From positions 62,001 to 107,335 of the forward strand of contig JABVCE010000048.1 in NCBI GenBank assembly GCA_014905635.1: a stretch of DNA of 45,335 nt, read 5' to 3'. A program made the translations under genes and the position numbers. Below are positions 27,930 to 39,519 of the stretch, one piece after another. The DNA is from Scenedesmus sp. PABB004 (lineage: Eukaryota). Numbering within the stretch: position 1 is the stretch's first letter; each line of letters starts with the position of its first letter. The notes beneath the pieces are model-generated. The model did no database searches. It saw nothing but the letters and a program-made list of their open reading frames with translations, and was not told where the DNA came from.

Positions 27930-29248
27930 ATGGCGGCGATGCACCCGTACTACCCGGTCGACCTGGAGCTCCCGGGCGTGCAGCCGCTGGCGCTGCCCTT
28001 CGAGCGCATCCTGGCGGCCTTCTTCGCCGCCTGCGCCGTCATGCTCGCGGCGGGCTGGCACGTCACAGGCACGGCGCGCATGGCCCGCCGCCGCGCCGCC
28101 CCGGCGCCCCGGGGAGACGGCCGCCGGCCCCGGCGCGCGCCGCGAGCGCGCCGCGCCCCGCCGCGCACCGCCGCAGGCCGCGCCAAGTTTCTGTCGCCCG
28201 GAGAGCGCGCGATGGCATGCTGGTTCCTCTGCTCCGGCCTCATCCACCTCATCATCGAGGGTGCGGGACGGACCCCGCCGCGCGGCGCGCCAGGGCACGG
28301 GGGCAGCAGCGCGGCGCGCCGCCGCCGCCGGCGCAGCAGCAGCAACAGCGCCGGCCGCCGGGGGCGCCGCTGCTGGCTCACGGCCCGCCCCCGGGCCGCG
28401 CAGGCAACGTGGTGCTGAACAGCCGCTTCTACACCGACACGTCGGGCAACATCCTCAACGAAATCTGTGCGCGCCGCGCCGCGCCGCGCCGCACCGCCGC
28501 CTCCGCCGCCCGCCCGCGCCGCCGTCCCACGCCGCCGCGCCCGCCTCCCGCGCCGCCTGCGCCGCCCCGCGGCCCGGCAGGGAAGGAGTACTCCAAGGCG
28601 GACAGCCGCTACGCGACGCGTGACGATTTCGTCATCTCGATGGAGGCCGTGACGGCCTTCCTGGAGGGCCCCGGCTGCCTCGCGATCGTGTGGGCGATGC
28701 TGCGCTCCAAGCCGTGGCGCCACACCGCGGTGCTCGCGGTGTCGCTGGGCCAGCTCTACGGCGACGTGCTCTACTTTGGCACGTGCCTCCACGGCGGTGC
28801 GCGCGCGCCCGCACAGCGCCGGCGGCGGCAGTCACCACGCGCGCCGCGCCGCCGCCGCCGCCGCCGCCGCTCACCCCGCCCCGCCGCCCGCGCCGCGCCC
28901 CGCCGCGCCCCGCCGCGCCGCCGCGCCCCGCCGCGCCCCGCCCGCCAGGCGTGTCGCGGCACTCGCGGCCGGAGGCGCTCTACTTTTGGTTTTACTTTGT
29001 GATTGTCAACGCGGTGTGGATCGTGGTCCCGCTCGCCTGCATCGCCCACGCGGCGCGCGCGATCAACGCCGCGGTCGCGGGGTGCGCGCCGCGCGGGACG
29101 GGAGGGCAGGGACGGGGCGCGAGGGCGCGCGCGGCGCGCAGCGTGTGGGCAGGGGAGCTGGCTGGCGCGCGGGCCCTGACGCTGGCGCCGCCGCCGCTGC
29201 CGCCGATGCAGGATCGAGACGGGCGGACCGAGGAAGAAGCGCGCCTGA
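27930..29248 (+). CDS. EBP: Sterol delta8-delta7 isomerase (EBP/HYD1 family)
   Basis: HPYYP; WFLCSGLIHLIIEG; W|KEYSKADSRY; MEAVTAFLEGP; GQLYGDVLYF; YFWFYFVIVNAVWIVVP; C-terminal KKRA* ER-retrieval motif. Five introns, the first (28069-28176) GC-AG. Confidence 0.95.
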
Positions 29249-29688
29249 CGCGCGCCCGGCGGAGCGTGAGCGGCGGAGCGCCGCCGCCAGGCGAGCGGCA
29301 GAGGGCGAGCGCGGCGGCGGCGCGCGATGTGTGCTGCGCAAGCACACCAGGCTCCACGGTCCCCTGACCCGCGCGCCGAGGCCGCGGCGCCGGCACGGCT
29401 GTGCCGCGCTGCCGCGCGAGAGCGTGCCGCTTGCTTGTGCCAAGCGAGAACTAATTCAGCTGGACTGTGGCGGCGACGAGCAGGGGCGGGGGGAGCGCCC
29501 ACGCATTGGACACCATCAATGCGAGCGGGCGCGCGAGGGGCGATGCACACCTGACCCGTCGATTGACGCTGACGCATGCCCGCGCGGGCCCCGCCCGGTG
29601 GCGGCCCGCCAAGCGAGCACTGCGCGGGACGCTGCGCTGAGCGAGCGGCCGCGGCCGCGTGGGCGGTAACACTGCGAGTTGCCGCGAG

Positions 29689-29858
29689 CTATTGACGTCC
29701 CGCGCCGCGCTTGCTGCCAGCGCCCGCCCCAGCCGCGGCGCCGCCGCCGCTGCCGCCGGCGCCTGTCCGCGCCGCCGCCGCCGCCGCTGCCGCCGCTGCC
29801 ACCATCGCTGGCGTCGCGAGCTGGAACGGCGCCACCGGCATCGCGATGCGCTGCGGTG

Positions 29859-29893
<35 letters not shown>

Positions 29894-30847
29894 GTGCCGC
29901 TGCCGCCGCCGGCGTCGCCGCCGCCGCCGCCGCCGCCGGGCGGGTCCAGCAGCTCCACGAGCAGGTGGCCCGCCATCTGCCCCGCCCCGCCGCCGCCACG
30001 CAGCGGCGTGCAGCTGTGGTACTCGAAGCAGCCGCCTGGCGGCACGACCGGCTGCTGCCCCACGACCGCGTTGTCCGGCGCGAGCGGCACAAAGCCCTCC
30101 AGCTCGCCCGCCGCGTTGCTGACGACCCAGCCGCGCCCGAGGACCTTGACCGCGTGATGCCGCGCGTTGGCGACGCGGATGCGATAGCTGAACCAGTGCT
30201 CCGGCTGGCCGCCCTTGCCCGCGTCGGTGCGCGTGTGCGCTGCTGTGGCCTCGATCGTGACGCCCTCGGTCGTCGCGCTGCTGCTGCACGCCTCGAGGTA
30301 CGCGAGCGCCGGCAGCGCGCGCAGCGCGGCAAAGCCCTGGTCCAGCGGCGCGAGCGGCGGCGCGCCGCCGTCGCCGGCGCCGCCGCCCGGCGCGCCGCTG
30401 CCGGCGCCGGCGTGGGCGCGGAAGTTTGCGCGCACGAGCTCGCGCAGCCCCGCCGCGCACAGCGGCAGCTGCTCTGCGCCCGGCGCGACGGCGAGGCCCG
30501 GCACCAGCGCGTTGAGGCACTCCAGCTGGTACGCCGCACCTGCGCGCGGCGCGTGCGCGGCGCTCGCGCCCGACGTGCGGCCGCGCGGCGGCAGCGGGCG
30601 CCGGCGCCCGGCGCCCAGCGCACCCGACTTGGCGCGAGCGTTGTAGCTGCCCGCCGCGCTCGACACCGGCGCGCGGATGCTCAGGCGCATGCCAGGGTGC
30701 AGCCGCTCCAGCTGCGCGCGGGCCTCCTTGAGCAGATGCCTGCGGCGGTCGCGGCGCCGGCGCCGGCGTGGGCGGGCGTTGCTGCCGCTGCTGCCGCCGC
30801 GGGGTGCGCGCGCGCCTGTAGAGGTAGATGGCCGCCTTTGGCTTCAT
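29689..30847 (-). CDS. LYR-motif + ApaG (DUF525) domain protein
   Basis: Exon 1 MKPKAAIYLYR joined by GC-AG intron 30740-30815 to HLLKEARAQL...; ApaG motifs SSATTEGVTIEA, WFSYRIRVAN, VKVLGRGWVV, VVGQQPVVPPGGCFEYHSCTPL, GQMAG. Confidence 0.82.
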
Positions 30848-31283
30848 GGCGGGACCACTAACGCGCGCAGGGCCCGCTGGCGCGAGGCGCGTGCGCTGGA
30901 GTCGGCGGCGGGGCGGGAGATGGGCGCTGCTGCTGCGGTGCCGACGTGGCCCGTGTGCTTGCTCGGCGGGGCCGATCGGCGCTGGGAGGTTGCACTGGCA
31001 GCGTTGCACAGCGGCCACGACAGCTAACTCCTCTGCTCGACAGCAGCAGGGCCGGCGCGCAAACTCAAACCCCGGCACCCACGCGCCGCAGCCTCGCGCT
31101 AGCGGCGCCACACCTCCCCGGCCACACACGAGACAAGCAACACTGGATGGGGTTTGGTGAATACATGCCTCCGCGCAAGCCCCGCCACCGAGAACCATGC
31201 GTGCGCGCATGCGCGCGCCCCGCGTGCCGCCGCCGCGCGAACGTCGAGTCAAACGTCCCCCCCGGGCCCCCTCCGCCGCGCCG

Positions 31284-32108
31284 TCAGCTGTGCGTGTCGA
31301 GCGCCATTCCGCGCTGCTGCTGCTGCTGCGCGAGCGCCGGCGCGGCGCCGCCGTGCGCGGCGAGGCGGTCGTTGCGCGACAGCGCGGGCAGGTTGTAGCG
31401 CACGCCCGGCTGGGTGAGGTGGCTGGTGAGGTTGAGCGCGCTGAGCATCATGTCGCCGCGCTCGTTGACGCGCACCATGCACACCGCCCCGTTGGCGAGG
31501 TCGATCGCGCGGAACTGGCGCAGCGGGAGGCCGAGGCTCGTGCACAGCAGCGCGCGCAGCAGCGACTTGTGCGTGATCACCAGGTGGCTCCCGCCCGGCG
31601 CGGCGAGCAGGTCTGCGCGGCGCGCGGCGGGGCGCGGGGCGCAGCGTGCGCGCGCATCGGCGCGCCGAGCGGGCGCCGCCGCTGCCGGTGCAGGCGCCGC
31701 CGCCGCCGCCGCCGCACCTTGCCACGCGCGGCGCGCCTGCCTGAACGCGTCCAGCACCGGGTAGCGGCCGTCGAGGCAGAAGCGCTCCGGCTCCTCGCGC
31801 CACACGCGGTACAGCTCGGGGTGCGCCTCGGCGATGTCGTCTGCAGGCGGCGGCGCGGCGCGCCGGGCGGTGCGCTCGCCGGGCAGCCCGCGCGCGCGCG
31901 CTGCCGCCTGGCGCGCGGCGCGGCGCGACGCGGCGCTGTGAGCCTGTGGGTCGCCGCGCACCGTTGCGCAGGCCCTGGAACCAGCCCAGGTCCACCTCAC
32001 TCAGGTGGGGCAGGTAGTGCGGCGCCGCGGCGCCCCCGGCCTGCCAGGGCGCCCACACAATCTCGGCGGTCTGCCGCGCGCGCGTGTGGGGGCTCGAAAA
32101 GCAGCTGC

Positions 32109-32151
<43 letters not shown>

Positions 32152-32670
32152 AAATTCGGTCGGCGCGGCGCGCGCGCGCGTCCGGCGGCACGCGCGCAGG
32201 GCGAGCAGCAGGCGCCGCGCGGCCGGCGCCCCACACCTGTCAAAGTAGAGGCCGTCCAGCGCGGCGCGCGCCTTGGCCGCCTGCTCCCGCCCCAGCGGCG
32301 TTAGCTCGCTCTCGTCGGTGTTGCCCTGGATCCGGCTCTCCTGGTTCCACGTCGACGCGCCGTGCCGCACGAACACGAAGCACTTGGGCTGCCGCAGCTC
32401 GGGGCCGGCCTTCACGGGCTGCAGGAAGCTCTCCGTCGATGCGTGGTGCGCCGCGTCGGCGCCGCCGCGCGGCTGCTGCTGCTCCGCCGGCGCCACCGCG
32501 GTGCGCAGGAGCGCGCTGCCGTCCACGCCGCCGCCACCGGCACCCAGCAAGCAGCGGCGCGCGACGCTGTGGGGGCGTGCTGGCCGCGCCCGGCTGCAAC
32601 CGCCCGCCGCCGCCGGCGGCGCCGCGCCGCCGGCCAGCGGCGGGCGCCGCACTGCAGCGTGGGCCTGCAT
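31284..32670 (-). CDS. Histidine phosphatase / phosphoglycerate mutase family, CA1P-phosphatase-like, with putative plastid transit peptide
   Basis: FVRHGASTWNQESRIQG...LTPLGREQA; CFSSPHTRARQTAE; LSEVDLG; LVITHKSLLRALLC. Three GT-AG introns. Confidence 0.88.
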
Positions 32671-33674
32671 GACCACCTCGGCGTGTCGTGTCGGGCGGGG
32701 GCGGGCGGGGTGGGCGGGCGCCGGGTCGCACGGCCCGAGAGCAGCACACAGATGCAGCGAGCTGCCGCCGCCGCTCCGGCTGCACTGAGCCCCGGCGCGC
32801 CTGGCCCGTCCTGCGCTGTGTGCAGGCGATGCAGCGGCACCGGAGCCGGACGGTAAGTCACCGCGGTTGTCGCGCCCGCAAAGCCCTGCCGCCGCTGCTG
32901 CCGGGCGCGGCTCGCGTCGGCCGCTCGCTCGCTCGGTCGGCGCCCTGTGGCCTTGCACACATCCGTCCCTCTCCCTCTCCGAGCCGGGCGGCCGCAGGGC
33001 CAGAAGCTGCTGGCCAAGTCGTCGCAGCCGCTTCACGCGCGCACACCACACTCGGGCGCGCGCGGCCGCGCGCGCCGCTGCATTGCTGCAGCCCTAGAGT
33101 TTGACAAACTTTTCCGGTTTCTGACCTGTCTCGCCTCCGGTTGGGTTTAGAGTTGGGTGTTTGGCGGTGGCCCGAAGCCACCACCAAGACTGGGGGAACA
33201 CCGCGGCGCGCGCGCTCGCACGCGGCACCCGCGCGCGGCCGCTCGCGCGGCCGCTCGCGCGGCACCCGCGCGGGAGCACGGCTGTGCTCCGCTGCTGGGG
33301 GGGCCGGCCTGGGGCCGCGACAGCACCCACCAGCGCATGCGCGGGGTGGCAACGTGCACCAGCATTGTGTTTGTGCGCGCAGCACCGCATCATCAACATC
33401 CGTCGGGGTTTGGCGTGGATGCCGTGGGGGGAGCCGTGGGGTTGGGTGACTGCACAATCGATCACGGCGGGGCGCCTGCCGCCATGCGTGCAGCAGCGCC
33501 ATGCCCACGACCAAGCGATTTGTAATACAACTGCAGGGGAGATCGCCGCCTGCCTGACGCGCATGCTGCCAGCCCGCCGCGCGCGCGGCCGGCCGGCGTT
33601 GCGCGGGCCAAAAACTGCGCTCCCTCCTAGGTGTGCAGAGCCAGCAGGGTAGCTTAAGCTAGTGGGCGAGGCGC

Positions 33675-35040
33675 CTAGCGGCGGCGACCGTAGTCATACC
33701 ACGCTGCGTCAAAAGCGGGCGGGGCAGCGGCGTGAGCGCGGCGCGCGTGGCGCATGCGCGAGCCCCGGCGATGGTGGGAGCCGGCTGGCCTGCATCTGCG
33801 CGCGGCGGCTCACCCTTCGGCCGCTTGTCCATGGCGCGGCGGAAGCCCGACGGCGGCTGCTGGCCGGGCGTTGCCTTCTTCCAGTTGGGCACCTTGGCAA
33901 ACTTCTGGGGGCGGTGCCAGCAGGGCACGTCGCGCCACATCGTGCCGATGACGCCCCACTTGGTGTCGGAGAGCTTCTCAAACGCCCAGATCGACAGGTC
34001 CAGGTGGTACATGTCGCCGCAGCACCTGGCGCGACGCGCGGGCGCGGCGCGCGGGCGGGCAGCAAGGGTGAGGCCAGGTGGGCGCGCGCGCGCGCGCGCG
34101 CAGCGAGCCCAAGCATCGCCCGGCCGGCCGCGGCGCGGCGCGGCGCCGCGGCGCGCGCGCGGGAGGGGCGCACCAGCGCTTGTTGCTCTGGTAGTTGTTG
34201 GGGTAGTGGCAGGGGCAGGTGTCGGTGACCATGACGACGACGCTCGCGCTCTCGTCCCAGCACACGTTGCTGCGCTCGAGCCACTGGCCGTAGCCGTCCT
34301 TGAAGTTGAAGTTCTTGCACTTCACCTCCTTGCACTTGCCGCAGGAGCCCTTGTAGTCGCCCGCGACGTCGCTGATCGCGGTGACGTCCCACCCTGCGCG
34401 CGGCGGCAGGGCCGGGTGAGGTCTGGCGCGCGTGCGCGCGCGAGGCGGGCGGCGGCGGCCGGGCGAGGCGCGTGCCTCCGCGCACGCAGCAGGGCCGCGT
34501 CGGGGCAGCTGACGTGCGGCCGGGCCGCGGCCCGGCGCTCACGCGCGCGCGCGCGCCCCCGGCGGCGGCGGTGGCGGCGCGGGGCGGCGCGCATGGTAGG
34601 CTCACCGGTGGCGCGGCGGTAGTCCAGGTAGCCGAACATGCAGGAGCCCTTGTGGATGCTCCAGGCGTCCGTGCCTGGGCGGGCGGGGCGGGGCGGGGGC
34701 GCAGGGAGCGGGGGGCCGGGGTCAGCGACTCGTGATCGCTGCTCCGCCCGCGCGCGCAGGAGCCCGGCCGCCCGCGGCCGCCACGCCGGGGCGTCGCGCA
34801 GCTTGCGAGCTGCTGGAAGCCGGCCCCCGCGCGCCCAGGCGGCGCGTGGCACCCGGCGCCGCAGCTGCGCCCCCCGCCCGCCCGCCGATCCAGGGCCCCC
34901 GACGCGCCGCGCCGCCGCGTGTTCTCACCGTAGAAGGTGGCGCGACCGTACTGCCAGCCGCCGAAGCCGTTGGCGGCCGCGCGGCCGGCCAGGCACAGCA
35001 CCACCAGCGCGAGGCCGGCTGCGCGCTGCAGGGAGGCCAT
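33675..35040 (-). CDS. Secreted expansin-like protein (DPBB/RlpA-like domain)
   Basis: Signal peptide; WQYGRATFYG; GSCMFG; SCGKCKEVKC; VMVTDTCP; WCCGDMYHLDLSIWAFEKL; GVIGTMWRDVPC. Four introns; last exon AWYDYGRRR* (stop 33675-33677). Confidence 0.88.
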
Positions 35041-35242
35041 GGCTGGCTGCTGGCGGTGCGTGGGGGAGGCGAGGGAGGCGCGGGTGTCGCCACGCGAGGC
35101 AGGGAGCTGGGGCGTGCAGCGACGAGGCGGGGCGGGGCTGTGCTGCGGACGGAGACCGGGCGTGCGGTGCGTCCTGCCGTGCGGGCGAGGACGGTCAGCA
35201 CGTGCGCGTAGAGGTGAGCGCGGGGAACGGCCGGGGGCGAGC

Positions 35243-35248
35243 TTTATA
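35243..35248 (-). promoter_or_regulatory. Candidate TATA box (TATAAA) of the expansin-like gene
   Basis: CCTATAAAG on the minus strand ~200 bp upstream of ATG 35040, in otherwise very GC-rich DNA. Confidence 0.6.
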
Positions 35249-36120
35249 GGCGCGCGCGAGAGAGTGGTAGGCGTCACCGCGTCAGACAGCAGGGGAGGCG
35301 CGCCCAGCCCGCGGTGACACGCGCCCGCCAACCCGATCGGCGCCGTGGGCCGCATCCCCGGGCCAACGCTGGGCGACACGGCCCGGCGGCGCGGCGATCT
35401 GGGGCCGGGACGCGCGGGGCTGCCGGTCGTCCAGTAGGTTGGCGCGCCCTCCCCGCGCGCGCGGCGTGGCGGGAGGCCGCGACGCTCGGTAAGGGGCGAC
35501 CACGCGCAGGTGCTGCAAAACGAAGCTCGTGCCCCGCCAGCAGCGCCGGGGGCGCCGCGCGCGCAGCGGTTGCGGCGGCTGCGGCGGTTGCGCCGCGCAC
35601 AGCTCAGCGCGCCGCCGCTGAGGGCGTGGCACCACCGCCGTAGCTGGGGCGACGCACGCGGCGCGTCCGCCCGCATCCGGCCGGCCCGCGCGCGCCGGCG
35701 GCAGCACCGCTGGTGACGCCCCGCGCGGGCACGCGGCTGCACCTGGTCTGCCTGACCGCGCGCCCTCGCGCGCCGTCAGTGTCAGCGTCAGATGCCAGGC
35801 GGCCGCCGCGAGCGCGCGCACGTCGACACGCGCGGCGCGCGGCGCCGCGCTTTTGCCGCGACGCGCCGCAGTTAGGGCGGCCGTCCGCCTCACCGCATCT
35901 GGGCAGCGCGCCACTGCCACACCCAACGGAGCGCGCCCGGAGGTCGGCGACAGCTGCGTCGCGCCGCGCCGCGCGCCGGAGCAGCGGCGGCGGCGCTGCG
36001 TGCCCGCGCCAGGCTGCGCCAGCCCTCAGCTTGGTGCGGAGGCCTGTGCCTGCAGCGGTCATGGTGTAGGCGGCGCTCACGCCGCGTTCCGGGGGCCGCC
36101 CGTGCCCCGCCGCGCGCGGG

Positions 36121-38655
36121 ATGGACGGGCGATGGCCGGACGTGGACATCATCCACCAGCTCATGCTGGCCGCCCGCTCGTCGGTGAGGGACGCCGCCAG
36201 ACCTGCCGTCGGGCAGGCGCGAAGCGCCGCCGCTGCCGCCGCCGGCGCTGCCGCTGCTGCTGCCGCCGCTGCTGCCGCCGCTGCTGCCGCCGCTGCTGCT
36301 GCCGCTGCGGCCCGGGCAGCGGCCTGGCGCGCTCACCGCGGGCGCTCCGCCACCCAACGTCGCAGGAGGGACCCACCGGCGCCTCGGTGCCAGGTGGCGG
36401 CGCGGCGGGCGCGGTGCAGGCGGGCGCGGCGGCGTCAGCGGCGGTGCAGCAACAGCAGCAGCAGCCCGCAGGGCTGCGCCAGGAGCAGGACGTGCTGGCC
36501 CTGCTGCAGCGGCAGCACCAGCAGCTCGTGCTGCGCCAGCAGGCGCAGGCGCAGCAGCGGGCGCAGCGGCAGCCGTCGCTCGCCGGCGACGTCCCCGACG
36601 AGCTGCTGCGCCAGCTCGCGGCGGCGACAGAGCAGCAGCACGGGCAGCCCACAGACATGCAGGTTGACGGCGCCGTGTGGCACGCGCCGGCGGCCGGCCA
36701 CCCGCCCGGCCCTGGCGGCGGCGCGCCCGCGCCCGCGCCGGCGGCGCCCACGCCAGCGCAGCTGCGCAGGCATGAGCTCCAGGCCGCGCTCGCGGCCAGG
36801 GAGCGAGCGCGCCTGCTGGGCGTGGACGAGCAGCTGACGGTGCAGCAGGCGGCTGCGCGGCAGCACCTCGTTGCGCAGGTGCGCCTTGACGAGCTGCTGG
36901 AGCAGGCGCAGCAACAGCAGGCGCAGGCGCAGGCGCAGCAGCAGCAGCAGCAGCAGCAGCAGGGGCGGCAGCTGGAGGCGCAGCCCAGCGGACCCGACCC
37001 GGGCCGGCAGCCGCGCCACCCGCTCCTGAGCCAGCAACTCAGCCAGCAGCTGAGCCAGCAGCTTGTGCAGACGGCGCCCGCCGGCGCGGCGCGCGACTTT
37101 CGCGGCCTGCGCACCGTGAGCAGCGGCGCGCTCGGCCGGCAGCCGAGCCTGGGCGGCGGCGCGCCGGGGCGCGACATCGACGTCGCGGCCCTCTTCCCCG
37201 AGGCCGCCGCGGAGTACGGGCGGCAGCAGATGCAGAGGACGCTCGCGGCGGCGCTGCAGGAGCAGTTTCCCCCGCTGCGCGGGCCGGGGCTGCAGCCGCG
37301 CGAGCTGCAGCTGCTGCAGGAGCTGCAGCGCGCGCAGCAGGCGCAGCAGGCGCAGCCGCCGCTGCTGCGGGACCAGGAGCGCTTTGAGCAGCTGCAGCAG
37401 CTGCTGCGGCATCACGCGGCGGCCGGAGCGGAAGGGGGCCAGCGCCGGCTGCCGGCCTCCCTGCAGGGCTCGCTGCCCAGCACGTGGGGCGCGCAGGGCG
37501 GCGGGGCGGGGCTCGGCGCGCCCGGCAGCCGCTTTGGGCTCTTTTGTGGCGGCCCGGGCCCGGCGCTCACGCATGCCCAGGTCCAGGCGCAGGTCGCGGC
37601 GCTCACGGCGCACGCGGAGCGGCAGCGCGCCGCCCGGGACGCCAGCGCGGCCGCCGCGAGCGAGCCGGCGCCGGCGCAGCAGCGCCTCTCGGGTGCGCCG
37701 CGCGCCGCGCGCCGCGCCGCGCGCGGCCGCGGCCGCGCCCTCAAGCCGCGCCGTCGCGGCAGGCGCCGAGACGTCCGCCGCGCTCAAGGCAGTGATGGAG
37801 GTGCTGGACATGAGCGGCGGCGACGAGCAGGAGCCGCCAGAGGCACGCATGCGCGCACGCGCGCCGCCGCCGGCGCTGCGTGCCGACCCGCCGCGCCGCC
37901 GCCGCGCCCGCCCACGGTGCGCCGCCCCGCCGCGCGCCGCGCCGCGCAGTCGTCGCTGCTCGTGTCGATGCTGCGCCACCAGAAGCTCGCGCTCGCGTGG
38001 ATGTGCCGCCGCGAGCGCAGCCACCGCGTGTCTGGCGGCATCCTGGCGGACGACCAGGGGCTGGGCAAGACGGTGAGCGCCGGGAGGGGGCCCGCGGGCG
38101 CCCGAGCGCGCGCGCGTGCGTGCCTCTATGCCGGGGCGGGGCGGCGCAGGCGCGGCGGCAGCCCGTCAACCTCTCAACCCTGAGCCCATCCACGCCCCCT
38201 AACCCCTCTCAAACCCCAGGTGACCACGATCGCTCTCATCCTCGCCCACCCGCGCGGCGGCGACTACCTGCAGGTGCGGCCGCCGCGCACGCGCGCGCCG
38301 CGGCTGCGTGGATGGCCATGGCTGGGCGTGGGCGGGCGGGCGGGATGGCGGGCGCAGGGCCGTCGCCGCCTGGGCGGCGCGCGCGCAGGGCGTGCGCCCA
38401 GGCCCGCACCCGCCGCCGCGGCTGCCGCGCCCGGGCGCAGGACATCGCCGAGGCCGCCGCCGACGAGGACGAGGACGCGGAGCTCGACGCGCTGCTCGCT
38501 GCGGCGGGCGCGGGCCGCGGCGGCGCCGGCGCGCTGCCGGCCGCCGCGCCGGCGGCGGCGAAGAAGCGCGAGGTGCGCGCACGCGCGCGGCTCGCGACGG
38601 CCGCCGCGCCTGGCCGCCTCTCCCCTTTGTCCAGCGCGCAGCGCGCCGGCCCGCA

Positions 38656-38697
<42 letters not shown>

Positions 38698-39284
38698 CGT
38701 GTCCCTTTTGCCCCCACCCGCAGGCCGCGGAGGTGATTGAGATTGACATGGACGACAGCCCCACCACGTCGGACGCGGCCGGCACGGTCAACGGCGCCGC
38801 GCCGCACCCGCCCGCCAAGCGCGTGCGGCACGAGGGCGGCCCCGCCGCGCCGGGCGCGGCGCCGGGGCCGGGCAGCACCCTGGCGGAGCACGAGGTGATG
38901 GTCATTGGCAGCAGCAGCAGCGGCAGCGGCAGCGGAAGCGCCGACGACGGCAGCGACAGCGACGACGACGCGCTGGAGCTGGTGGGGGCCCCTCCGCAGC
39001 CGCACACGGCGGCGGCGCGGACGCCTTGAGCCAGCTCGCGGAGGCGCTGGCCGCGGCGGTCGCGCCGCGTCAGGCCGCCGCGATGGATGTCGCGCGGCGC
39101 GCCGCAGAGGCGGTCGCGGCATTCACGTCCGGGCCGGCGCAGGCGCTGGAGGTCGACGCCAGCGGCGCGCGCTCGCCCCTGGTCGCGCGGCTGCAGCAGC
39201 AGCTGCAGCAGCAGCGGGATCTCAAGCCGCGAGCGCTGGCGGCGGGGCAGGCGGCGCAGCTGCTGCAGCAGCAGCAGGAAGAGC

Positions 39285-39347
<63 letters not shown>

Positions 39348-39484
39348 CGCCCCTGAGGGGGGGTGCGCAGGCGCCGGGGGTGCAGCAGGCGGGCCAGGGC
39401 GCGGCGCTGCAGGACAGCGACGCGCTGCAGGAGCTGCTGGAAGAGGAGGAGCGGCTGCTGGAGCAGCTGTGCGTGGCGGCCAGC

Positions 39485-39519
<35 letters not shown>

